A stretch of DNA of 47,265 nt from Syntrophorhabdales bacterium (GTDB lineage Bacteria; Desulfobacterota; Syntrophorhabdia; Syntrophorhabdales; WCHB1-27), in assembly GCA_050011095.1 (NCBI GenBank), contig JBEKJU010000001.1, forward strand, positions 1-47,265, read 5' to 3'. Positions 1 to 7,310 of this stretch are shown here, one piece after another. Each line of letters starts with the position of its first letter. Position 1 is the stretch's first letter. The notes below the pieces were generated by a model. That model saw only the letters and a list, made by a program, of their open reading frames with translations, did not search any database and had not been told where the DNA came from. The position numbers and the translations under genes were made by a program.

Positions 1-266
1 ATCGCAAACGGAGAAAAACCGTCCTTTGCCGTCATTCCCGCGAACGCGGGAATCCAGTGTTTTAGTAGGTTTACGCGCTCCTGGACCCCCGTTTCCACGG
101 GGGTGACGATGAAAGAACCTGCTATCTCACGCGCTCCTTACCGTTACCTGCGAAAAGCACAATCCTGCAAAAGTCAAACTCCAGGAGTCCCCCGGCAGAG
201 CCGGGGGTTTACCTTAATGAAATTATCGGGGCTCAGCGCCCCCTTCACCGGCAAAGCCGCGACCGA
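1..266. repeat. Cluster of four short GC-rich perfect hairpins (REP-like palindromic elements) downstream of the response-regulator gene; the window may start inside the element
   Basis: Stems read directly: attcccgcg/cgcgggaat 34-53; cccccgt/acggggg 86-103; cccccgg/ccggggg 189-207; ggggc/gcccc 228-242. The only ORF here (103-315) is a translation of the hairpins. Confidence 0.6.
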
Positions 267-1673
267 TTACCCGTATCCATATCTCGTGATGCGGTACTTC
301 TTCATGAGGGCATAGAGACGGGGACGGGAGAGGCCGGATATGCGGCAGGCCTCCCTGATATTACTGCCCGCTATGCTCATGAGGTCTTCGAGGTACTGGC
401 GCTCCGCCTCCTGGAGGGCGGACTCCCTGAAGCCCTTCAGCGGGGGCAGGGGGGCAGGGGATGGGACCTCCCGTACATGGAGGGGCGCCTCTTTCGTCAC
501 GGCGGCGCGGGCGAGGCTCACCCTGACATGAGTGGGCAGGTGTTTGGGGAAGAGGGTCGGCTCCTGGCGGGCCATGGTGAGTGCCCTCTCCACGGCGTTG
601 ACAAGCTCCCTCACGTTGCCCGGCCACTCATAGGCGATGAGGGAATCGAGGAACTCCGGGGCAAAGCCCTTCGTGCCTATGCCGTAGCGCTCGGAAAGCT
701 TCGCCATGTGGTACATGACAAGCTCCCTGATGTCCTCCTTCCTTTCCCGCAAAGGGGGCAGGTCGATCGTGAAGGTCTGGAGGCGGAAGAGGAGGTCCCT
801 CCGGAAGTGGTGGGACTCGACCATCTCGTCCACGTTCCTGTTGGTGGCGGCAACGAGGCGGAAGTCGCTCTCTAGCTCCTTTTTGGAACCCACCGGTCTG
901 AAGCAGTGCTCCTGGAGTACCCGAAGGAAGGCCTTCTGGATGACGAGGGGTAACTCACCCACCTCATCGAGGAAGAGGGTTCCCCCGTGGGCCTGCCTCA
1001 CGAGACCGTCCTGGTCCTTGTCGGCGCCGGTGAAGGCGCCCTTCTCGTAGCCGAAGAGGGTGCTCTCGACGAGGGTCTTCGGCAAGGCGGTGCAATCGAC
1101 CACGACGAAGTTCTTGTTGGCCCTGGGTGAGTTATCGTGGATGGCCCGGGCGAAAAGCTCCTTGCCGGTCCCCGTCTCCCCCATGATGAGAACCGAGGCA
1201 TCGGAGTTCGCCGCCTGGGCGAGGAGGTCGAAGCAGCTCCGCATGCGGGGGGAAGAGCCGATGATGCCCTCCCACTTGAGGGCCACCGCAGGCTTACGCG
1301 CCTTCTTCTCCTGCCGGTACTGGAGGGCCCTCAAAAAGGGGAGCATCATCTCCTTGATGGACGAGGGCTTCTCGATGTAGTCCCAGGCCCCGTTCCTGAT
1401 GGCGAGCTCGGCACCGTCGGGGTCGCCGAAGCCCGTCATGATGATGACCTCGGGGGGGGACGCGATCTCCCTGATCCGGGGGAGCACATCGAGGCCCGAG
1501 CCGTCCGGCATGCGGATATCGAGGAAGACGATATCGTAGCTCCCCTCGAAGACCTCCTTCATCCCCTCGGTCAGGGTATGGGCCGATGACGCGTTGTGGC
1601 CTGTCCGGTGTACCATGCTCGACAGCATCTCGCACATGGATACGTCATCATCGATGATCATTACTTGTGCCAT
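267..1673 (-). CDS. Sigma54-dependent response regulator (NtrC family: receiver + AAA+ + Fis-type HTH)
   Basis: Receiver motifs DDDVSM...DIRMPDGSG. Walker A GETGTGKELFARAIH. Sigma54-contact GAFTGA. C-terminal HTH NIREACRISGLSRPRLYALMKKY. ATG at 1673, TAA stop. Confidence 0.93.
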   Translation of the reverse strand: MAQVMIIDDDVSMCEMLSSMVHRTGHNASSAHTLTEGMKEVFEGSYDIVFLDIRMPDGSGLDVLPRIREIASPPEVIIMTGFGDPDGAELAIRNGAWDYIEKPSSIKEMMLPFLRALQYRQEKKARKPAVALKWEGIIGSSPRMRSCFDLLAQAANSDASVLIMGETGTGKELFARAIHDNSPRANKNFVVVDCTALPKTLVESTLFGYEKGAFTGADKDQDGLVRQAHGGTLFLDEVGELPLVIQKAFLRVLQEHCFRPVGSKKELESDFRLVAATNRNVDEMVESHHFRRDLLFRLQTFTIDLPPLRERKEDIRELVMYHMAKLSERYGIGTKGFAPEFLDSLIAYEWPGNVRELVNAVERALTMARQEPTLFPKHLPTHVRVSLARAAVTKEAPLHVREVPSPAPLPPLKGFRESALQEAERQYLEDLMSIAGSNIREACRISGLSRPRLYALMKKYRITRYGYG

Positions 1674-1808
1674 AAGCTTTCCGTCTTATCCTTTTCGCCG
1701 GGGTGGAAGCACGCACCGGGCCTGGTCACTACGGGTCAACACGTGTCAGGTCGTTCACTTTCCGGCGCCTTTCCGATCCGTCGAAGATTGTTCCTTCAAA
1801 ATGATTTC

Positions 1809-1836
1809 TTGCCGCTATGATCTGTGATACTATAAT
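1809..1836 (+). promoter_or_regulatory. Candidate sigma70 promoter for the CDF transporter (TTGCCG-16-TATAAT) in an AT-rich divergent control region
   Basis: ttgccg 1809-1814, tataat 1831-1836. A second tataat lies at 1854-1859. Palindromes ataattat 1832-1839 and ctataa-tt-ttatag 1853-1866. Confidence 0.3.
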
Positions 1837-1992
1837 TATCGATCAAGAACCACTATAATTTTATAGCAGGACATGCGTTTCTACAATGACTATTTTTTGA
1901 AACAGAGGGAAAACGGGCTATTCGCAAGCCGGAGCCGGATGGAAAAGACCCTTCCCCTTTCCACTTTTCACTTGCCCCTTTCCCCGTGAGGC

Positions 1993-2898
1993 ATGATGGC
2001 AGATCATGAGAAACGGCTCGTTTGGGCCATAGGCGTCACCCTTATCATCCTCACCGGGGAGATAATCGGCGGCCTCGTGGCCAACAGCCTCGCCCTCCTG
2101 AGCGACGCGGGCCACGTGCTCACCGATGTGTTTGCCCTCGGCCTCAGCCTGATCGCCGCTTTCATCGGGAAGCGCCCCTCGGACTATCGCGCCACTTTCG
2201 GATACCAGAGGATCGGCATACTGGCGGCCCTCATCAACGGCTCGACCCTCGTAATCATATCCGTCTTCATCTTCGTCGAGACATACAGGCGCATCTTCTC
2301 TCCCCCCGAGATCAACTCCGACGTCATGCTCCTGGTTGCCGCCGCCGGCCTCGTGGGAAACATCGTCATGGCCCGCATTCTTGGGGGAGGCCACACGGAC
2401 CTTAATATCAGGAGCGTCTGGCTCCACGTGCTGGGTGACATCATGACCTCGGCGGGCGTCATCGCCGCGGGTCTCGTGATCAAGTTTACCGGATGGCATC
2501 TCGCGGACCCCATCGCGAGCGGCCTGGTCGGCATCGTTATCATCGTCGGGGGCGGCAGGGTGATCAAGGAGGCCCTCTGGATATTCCTCGAATTGAGCCC
2601 CCTTGGGTTTCATCCCGAGGACATCTCGAAGGTGATCTGCGGCATGGAGCACGTCCTCGGCGTCCATGACGTCCACATATGGTCGATCGGCCACGGCGTT
2701 CCGGCCTTTTCCGCCCACGTCCTCCTCAACGACAGGAAGATAAGCGAGACGGACCTGATCAGGAGAGAGATCGAGTCAACGCTGTCGGGTCTCGGCATAC
2801 GGCACACGGTCCTCCAGATGGAGTGCGCCGAATGCCAGGAGAACGGCCTCTACTGTCAGATCGGCGCGGGCGAGGTCGAACACCACCCCCATCACTGA
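1993..2898 (+). CDS. Cation diffusion facilitator family metal efflux transporter (CzcD/ZitB-like)
   Basis: Six predicted TM helices. CDF motifs LLSDAGHVLTD and WLHVLGD. C-terminal cytoplasmic domain with a His-rich tail EVEHHPHH. Confidence 0.92.
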   Translation: MMADHEKRLVWAIGVTLIILTGEIIGGLVANSLALLSDAGHVLTDVFALGLSLIAAFIGKRPSDYRATFGYQRIGILAALINGSTLVIISVFIFVETYRRIFSPPEINSDVMLLVAAAGLVGNIVMARILGGGHTDLNIRSVWLHVLGDIMTSAGVIAAGLVIKFTGWHLADPIASGLVGIVIIVGGGRVIKEALWIFLELSPLGFHPEDISKVICGMEHVLGVHDVHIWSIGHGVPAFSAHVLLNDRKISETDLIRREIESTLSGLGIRHTVLQMECAECQENGLYCQIGAGEVEHHPHH

Positions 2899-3015
2899 AG
2901 ACGCGACTGCGCCTCTTCCCTCGCGATCCATCCATTGTCGAGCCGGCGGGCGGCCCTTGGCAAGGCACCCGTCCGCGCGGGCGGGTATGGGGACTAGTAG
3001 CGGCCCACGAAGAGA

Positions 3016-4596
3016 CTATTTGAAAATGCCGCGTATGTCTTTCCCGAGGCCCCTCAGCGCCCGCTCCCCCTTGGTGACGACCCCCTCGCCCGCCTCGACC
3101 ACGCCGAGTCCTAGTTTCCGGCTGACCGCGAAGGTGAGGCCCCTCACGAAACTCTCCCTGAGCTTGAACAGGGGATTATCGACGTTCCCCTCTACGACAA
3201 AGTCGAGGGGGATCGAATTATTGGACGTTTGAAGGAGCTTGACCACGAGCGACCGCGGAACGCCGAGGAGCTTGCCCCCGGCGCCGCGGCCCGGCGCCAG
3301 TTGCAGGTTTCTTATGACCACATGGGTCGGCGCATGGATCGTCCTTCCCCGGATCGTAAGGTCCATATCCATATCGAGGGTCCCGCCCACCACCTCGGCC
3401 TGACCCTCCTTCTTTAGATAGGGCTTCAGTAAGAAAATATCGAGGCCCCGAAGCGTCAGCCTTCCCGTCGTCTCGAGGGTATGAAAATTTGTCCGCCCCG
3501 CCCCGCCGATACGCCCCACCGAGTCCTTCCCCCGTATAGTGGTCGAAAGCCCCCACGCTGTCCATGCGTCGACAAGGGGAAAGAAGAATCGATCTGCAGT
3601 CCAGGAGGTGTCGGTGAACCGGGTAGCATAGGGAGGGCGCGAAACCTCCGCGTCGAGGAAAAGCGCTTCTCCGCCGCTCGCGGCGACCTTGTTGAAGGTC
3701 AGGGAAAAGGCCGTCTTTTCCTCGATGGCCCCCTTTTTGGGTCTCGGAGGCAATGGGCTCACCAGGTAACCGGCCCTGTTCTCCCGTATGCGGATGAACG
3801 GTTTGGTAAGGGTCACATCCGAGAGGAGAACGTTCTGCCCGGTTCCCTCCCTGCCCTGGGATGACGCGGTAAAACGGACGGACTCCGCCTTCGCCCTTGG
3901 GCCCTCCGCATCCGCAAGGCCTTCGACGTTCGAAAGCCCTATGGCGAGCCGCCCTGAACGGGTGGCGGGATTGAAGCTCCCCTCCGCCGTAACGGCCGCC
4001 GACATGAGCTTCCCCTTCACCGCCATGCGGAGCGACACCCTTGTCGCTGAATTTTCGACGGGCAGGGCGAAATTGTCGATCTTGGCCTCGATGCCCGTCA
4101 ACTCGGCCGTGGCGGGACCTCCGGGGCGCTCGTCGCTGATCGTCACCGCGCCGTCCGAAATGACGAGATGCCCCAGGTCGATGGCGCGCTTCAGGCCCAT
4201 CAGTTCTTCCTGCGACGGCCCTACCTGCCCCGCGCTCATGGGGTTGATGACATCTCCCTTTTCATCCAACCGGAGAATTAGTGAGAGATGCTCCACGGTG
4301 AGCCGGGAAATCGAGTAGCGCCTTCCGAAGAGGGTGAAGAAGCTCGCCCTTACCTCGACCCTCCTCGCGCGGAAGAAGGTCTGTCCCCCCTTCGACACAT
4401 CGACGCCCCTGGCCTCCACCCTGTTCCAGCCGAGGGAGAGCCTCTCGATCCTGGAATCCTTTCCCAGGGCCTTCTCAAGCTCGGCCTTGATGATCCTGTT
4501 CGAAAAGTAGAGCAGGCTCACCAGGGTCGCGAGGACGAGGGCCGCAGCGATGGCGACCGAAAGGATGATCTTTTTCCGGAGAAACTTCCGCTTCAT
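3016..4596 (-). CDS. Membrane-anchored large periplasmic protein, DUF748/AsmA-like (family call tentative)
   Basis: 526-aa ORF with an N-terminal anchor (KKIILSVAIAAALVLATLVSLLYF). Repetitive beta-rich body. TAG stop. No catalytic motif seen. Confidence 0.75.
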   Translation of the reverse strand: MKRKFLRKKIILSVAIAAALVLATLVSLLYFSNRIIKAELEKALGKDSRIERLSLGWNRVEARGVDVSKGGQTFFRARRVEVRASFFTLFGRRYSISRLTVEHLSLILRLDEKGDVINPMSAGQVGPSQEELMGLKRAIDLGHLVISDGAVTISDERPGGPATAELTGIEAKIDNFALPVENSATRVSLRMAVKGKLMSAAVTAEGSFNPATRSGRLAIGLSNVEGLADAEGPRAKAESVRFTASSQGREGTGQNVLLSDVTLTKPFIRIRENRAGYLVSPLPPRPKKGAIEEKTAFSLTFNKVAASGGEALFLDAEVSRPPYATRFTDTSWTADRFFFPLVDAWTAWGLSTTIRGKDSVGRIGGAGRTNFHTLETTGRLTLRGLDIFLLKPYLKKEGQAEVVGGTLDMDMDLTIRGRTIHAPTHVVIRNLQLAPGRGAGGKLLGVPRSLVVKLLQTSNNSIPLDFVVEGNVDNPLFKLRESFVRGLTFAVSRKLGLGVVEAGEGVVTKGERALRGLGKDIRGIFK

Positions 4597-4797
4597 CTCT
4601 CACGCCGAAGCATCTCGATCCGATCGGGGCACGGGCGACGCCTTTAAACTCCGCGCCCCGGCCCGTTGTTCGTGAGCATATGGATGAGGCCGTCCGGCCC
4701 CTCGACAACCTCCCCGAGCCGGCCGAACCCGCCCCCGGCAGAGCCCGGCGCGAAGTCGGACCGGAACCTTGCCCTCACCAAGCCCGTAATCATTTTT

Positions 4798-5121
4798 TCA
4801 GCCCTTCTTCAACTGCTGGATCATCTTGCGTTCCTGAAAGGCCCGTCCGTCGAAGCTCTGGAGCGGGGTCACCTGCCAGTCCAATATCCCCCAGAACGGC
4901 AGGTTTCGCAAGATTTGGTCGAGTTCCTCGTTGGAGCCGGCGTCGACAATAAATGCCACGGCCCGTTCGCCAACGGGGATACCGCCTCCAAGGATCGTGT
5001 TCTGCGATTCGAGCCTGTTGAGGGCCTCAAAACTCGGCAGGACGACATCCTCAAGAAGCTCGATCATCTCTTCCGTCCCCGCCAGAGCGGGCCCGCCGCT
5101 CCCGATCACCAGATATCTCAT
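4798..5121 (-). CDS. Small (107 aa) alpha+beta protein, muconolactone-isomerase-like (tentative)
   Basis: The ORF track extends this to 5358, but AGGAGG lies 6 nt upstream of the ATG at 5121 (MRYLVIGSGG...). The C-terminal pattern EELDQILRNLPFWGILDWQVTPL resembles the MIase fold. Confidence 0.65.
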   Translation of the reverse strand: MRYLVIGSGGPALAGTEEMIELLEDVVLPSFEALNRLESQNTILGGGIPVGERAVAFIVDAGSNEELDQILRNLPFWGILDWQVTPLQSFDGRAFQERKMIQQLKKG

Positions 5122-5229
5122 GGTTTGCCTCCTTTTCTTTCTATCTTGGACTCTCTGACGAATATAGGCCTCAGCCGCGCCCATGTAAAGTTCCCGGCCC
5201 GATCGGCGCACCACTAAGGTCCGGTATTC

Positions 5230-5258
5230 TTGACATGGCCATGCCTGGACGATTACAT
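5230..5258 (+). promoter_or_regulatory. Candidate sigma70 promoter of rubrerythrin (TTGACA-17-TTACAT)
   Basis: ttgaca 5230-5235, ttacat 5253-5258. This leaves a leader of roughly 110 nt before the AGGAG/ATG at 5376. Confidence 0.45.
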
Positions 5259-5277
5259 TGGAATAGCCTGAACCCTT

Positions 5278-5305
5278 CCTTATCCGGTTGCAAAATCGGA
5301 TAAGG
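5278..5305. promoter_or_regulatory. Perfect 9-bp inverted repeat (ccttatccg-N10-cggataagg) between the rubrerythrin promoter and its start; operator or 5'-UTR hairpin
   Basis: Arms at 5278-5286 and 5297-5305, read directly. Confidence 0.35.
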
Positions 5306-5375
5306 GGACCGGCGACCGGTTGGGCAGAGGCCATGGGGCTCTTCCCGACGACTACCAAGGATAAGGAGAATGTGC

Positions 5376-5951
5376 ATGGCGACAGTGAAAGGCACGGAGA
5401 CGGAAAAGAATCTCCTCAAGGCGTTTTCCGGTGAATCGCAGGCGAGGAACAGGTACACCTATTTCTCGTCCTAGGCGAAGAAGGAGGGGTACGAACAGAT
5501 TGCCTGGATTTTCGCGGACACGGCGGACAATGAGAAGGAGCACGCGAAACGGTTCTTCACGTTCCTCGAAGGGGGCGATCTGGAGATCACCGCTACCTTC
5601 CCGAGCGGCCCCATAGGCACGACCGCGCAAAACCTCCGGGAAGCGGCGGCAGGCGAGCATCTGGAGTGGGGAAGCCTCTATCCCGATTTCGCCGGGGTCG
5701 CCGACAGGGAAGGCTTCCCGGAGATCGCAAAGCTTTTCAGGATGGTGGCCGTGGCGGAAACGTCGCACGAAAAAAGGTACCTCGCGCTGCTCGAAAATAT
5801 CGAAAGGGACAGGGTCTTCAAGAGGGACGCCCCGATGAAATGGCGCTGCAGGAACTGCGGGTTCGTCCACGAGGGTACGGAGGCGCCCGACGAGTGCCCC
5901 GCATGCGCCCATCCAAAGGCATACTACGAGTTACGGGCGGAAAACTATTAG
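5376..5951 (+). pseudogene. rbr: Rubrerythrin, full length (191 codons) but interrupted by an in-frame TAG at codon 33 (5472-5474)
   Basis: My own translation gives MATVKGTETEKNLLKAFSGESQARNRYTYFSS*AKKEGYEQIAWIFADTADNEKEHAKRFF...AETSHEKRY...WRCRNCGFVHEG..CPACAHP. Diiron ExxH motifs and a rubredoxin-like CxxC pair are present. AGGAG lies 7 nt upstream. The ORF track shows only the last 69 aa (5742-5951). Confidence 0.85.
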
Positions 5952-6064
5952 CCGATCCTGCCGAAGAGGACGGCAAGCGTCATGAAGGCGCTTCTTCCGT
6001 CCTCACCGGGACTGAAAAAAAGGGACGAGTCGAAGGGCCGCCCTGATGGATCCCGTCGTCCTTC

Positions 6065-6355
6065 TCATCTCCAGAACCCCGGTGCCCATTTCCACCCTTG
6101 CGGTGTTTCCCTCCAGTGACCGGGCACCCACGTCGCGCCTCCAAAAGGCCTCTTCTCCCAATAGCCCGGTGTCCATACCCATTCCCCGCGCCTCTGCTCC
6201 CAGTGGCCGTCGATCCAGACGACGTCGTGGTGCGGGGCCGCGGGCCTGACCTCAACCCTCGGAGGTGGCGGCGGTGTTCGCACGACCGCAACGCACGCCG
6301 CGACCGACACGGAAACGATCACGGCGCAAAACCAGGCAATGAAAATCCTGCGCAT
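6065..6355 (-). CDS. YXWGXW-repeat lipoprotein
   Basis: Signal peptide with lipobox (VSVAAC). Repeated HWE/GYWE/GHWR/GFW aromatic-Gly motifs typical of YXWGXW repeat proteins. Confidence 0.8.
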   Translation of the reverse strand: MRRIFIAWFCAVIVSVSVAACVAVVRTPPPPPRVEVRPAAPHHDVVWIDGHWEQRRGEWVWTPGYWEKRPFGGATWVPGHWRETPQGWKWAPGFWR

Positions 6356-6449
6356 GGAACCCTTCTTTATCCTATCCAGGCGTCTTATTGAAGGGGTTCA
6401 CGACGCGCGGCGGACAGGGGCCGTCCACGACGGGACGCGACCGCCGGAA

Positions 6450-6785
6450 CTACGGGGCAAGCTGGACCTGGTCCCCGAACCGCTCCGATAATGCCCCGGA
6501 GAGGGCCTCGGCCGTCTTATCGTCCTCGCATTCCACCATCAACTCACCCTGCTCGCCCACGACGAGACGGCCGTACCGCTTCACCACCTCGGAGACATCC
6601 TGGGGCTCTACGGTCCACCATCCCCGTGTCCTCCGGAGAAGCTCCTCCCCCTTCAGCGGCTGCGGCGTGACGAGGTCGATGCTCCGAAACCATGCCTCCC
6701 AGCCGACCTGGGCCGGCGCACGCAGCACGGGGCTCACGGGATCGTGGTAGATGCGGCAGCGGCCAAAAAGACGAAGGCGCGTCAC
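6450..6785 (-). CDS. Hypothetical protein (111 aa), translationally coupled to the upstream 109-aa gene
   Basis: The GTG start overlaps the upstream TGA (GTGA at 6782-6785). GGAGGGA lies 7 nt upstream. No family recognised. Confidence 0.6.
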   Translation of the reverse strand: MTRLRLFGRCRIYHDPVSPVLRAPAQVGWEAWFRSIDLVTPQPLKGEELLRRTRGWWTVEPQDVSEVVKRYGRLVVGEQGELMVECEDDKTAEALSGALSERFGDQVQLAP

Positions 6786-7111
6786 TTTTTTCCCTCCAGC
6801 AGGCGCGCCACGGCCGGATTGGCCGGGAACGCCTCACGGGGGACCACCATCCCCCGCGTCGCGAGCGTTTTGGCCAGGCAGTGCAGGTAGAGATCGGCCA
6901 CGTCATTTTCCTCAAGGCGCACCCCTGAGCGGGCGGCATCCGTCCACCTCTCCTCGAAGAGATGGAGCGTCATTTTTCGCCACTGCCCGAGCCTTTTGTC
7001 GAAACGGCGAATGTCGAGGCCTTCGAGGAGCCGGCCCTGTTTGGCCTCGACCGCCTTGAAGATGCGCCGCAGGCTCTGGACCGAGGGATCGCGACCCCAA
7101 TCGTCTTCCAC
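6782..7111 (-). CDS. Hypothetical protein (109 aa)
   Basis: GTG start at 7111 preceded by AAGGGGTGA. No family recognised. Confidence 0.6.
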   Translation of the reverse strand: MEDDWGRDPSVQSLRRIFKAVEAKQGRLLEGLDIRRFDKRLGQWRKMTLHLFEERWTDAARSGVRLEENDVADLYLHCLAKTLATRGMVVPREAFPANPAVARLLEGKK

Positions 7112-7270
7112 GCATCACCCCTTGATTGACTCAAAGCGATCCGATACGTCGGACCGCCGGAAAAATGTCCCCGAAGAAAAGTTAAGGCTAAAGCGAAGGG
7201 AAAGGCAAGAAAATTTTCTCGCGGCCCCCGGGTCGATTCGCGGTTCGGTCCGACTTTCCACTCTCCGGTA

Positions 7271-7300
7271 TTGACACCCCGACAACGGTTCTGGTAGAAC
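7271..7300 (+). promoter_or_regulatory. Sigma70 promoter of the UvrD-like helicase (TTGACA-18-TAGAAC with an upstream TG), 10 nt from the ATG (leaderless)
   Basis: ttgaca 7271-7276. TG 7292-7293. tagaac 7295-7300. ATG 7311. There is no Shine-Dalgarno in ccttacagcc. The palindrome ggttct-ggt-agaacc at 7287-7301 overlaps the -10. Confidence 0.6.
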
Positions 7301-7310
7301 CCTTACAGCC

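Noticed and set aside
103-315. 70-aa ORF at the window start.
   Set aside because: It is a read-through of the REP-like hairpins and overlaps the 3' end of the response-regulator gene. It has no ribosome-binding site.
5472-5474. The in-frame TAG in rubrerythrin read as pyrrolysine or reassigned-codon decoding.
   Set aside because: TAG is plainly used as a terminator by many intact neighbours: the DUF748-like gene, nadA, the uvrD-like gene, nadK, uvrB, the kinase homologue and rubrerythrin itself. No pyl genes or methylamine methyltransferases are in the window.
5352-5912. 186-aa ORF antisense to rubrerythrin.
   Set aside because: The plus-strand frame carries every rubrerythrin motif, and the antisense product has no recognisable features.
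6015-6061. Possible Rho-independent terminator after the YXWGXW lipoprotein gene (a T7 run on the minus strand).
   Set aside because: Only a 6-bp stem (ggacga/tcgtcc) with a ~26-nt loop precedes the T-run. This is too weak to call as a feature.
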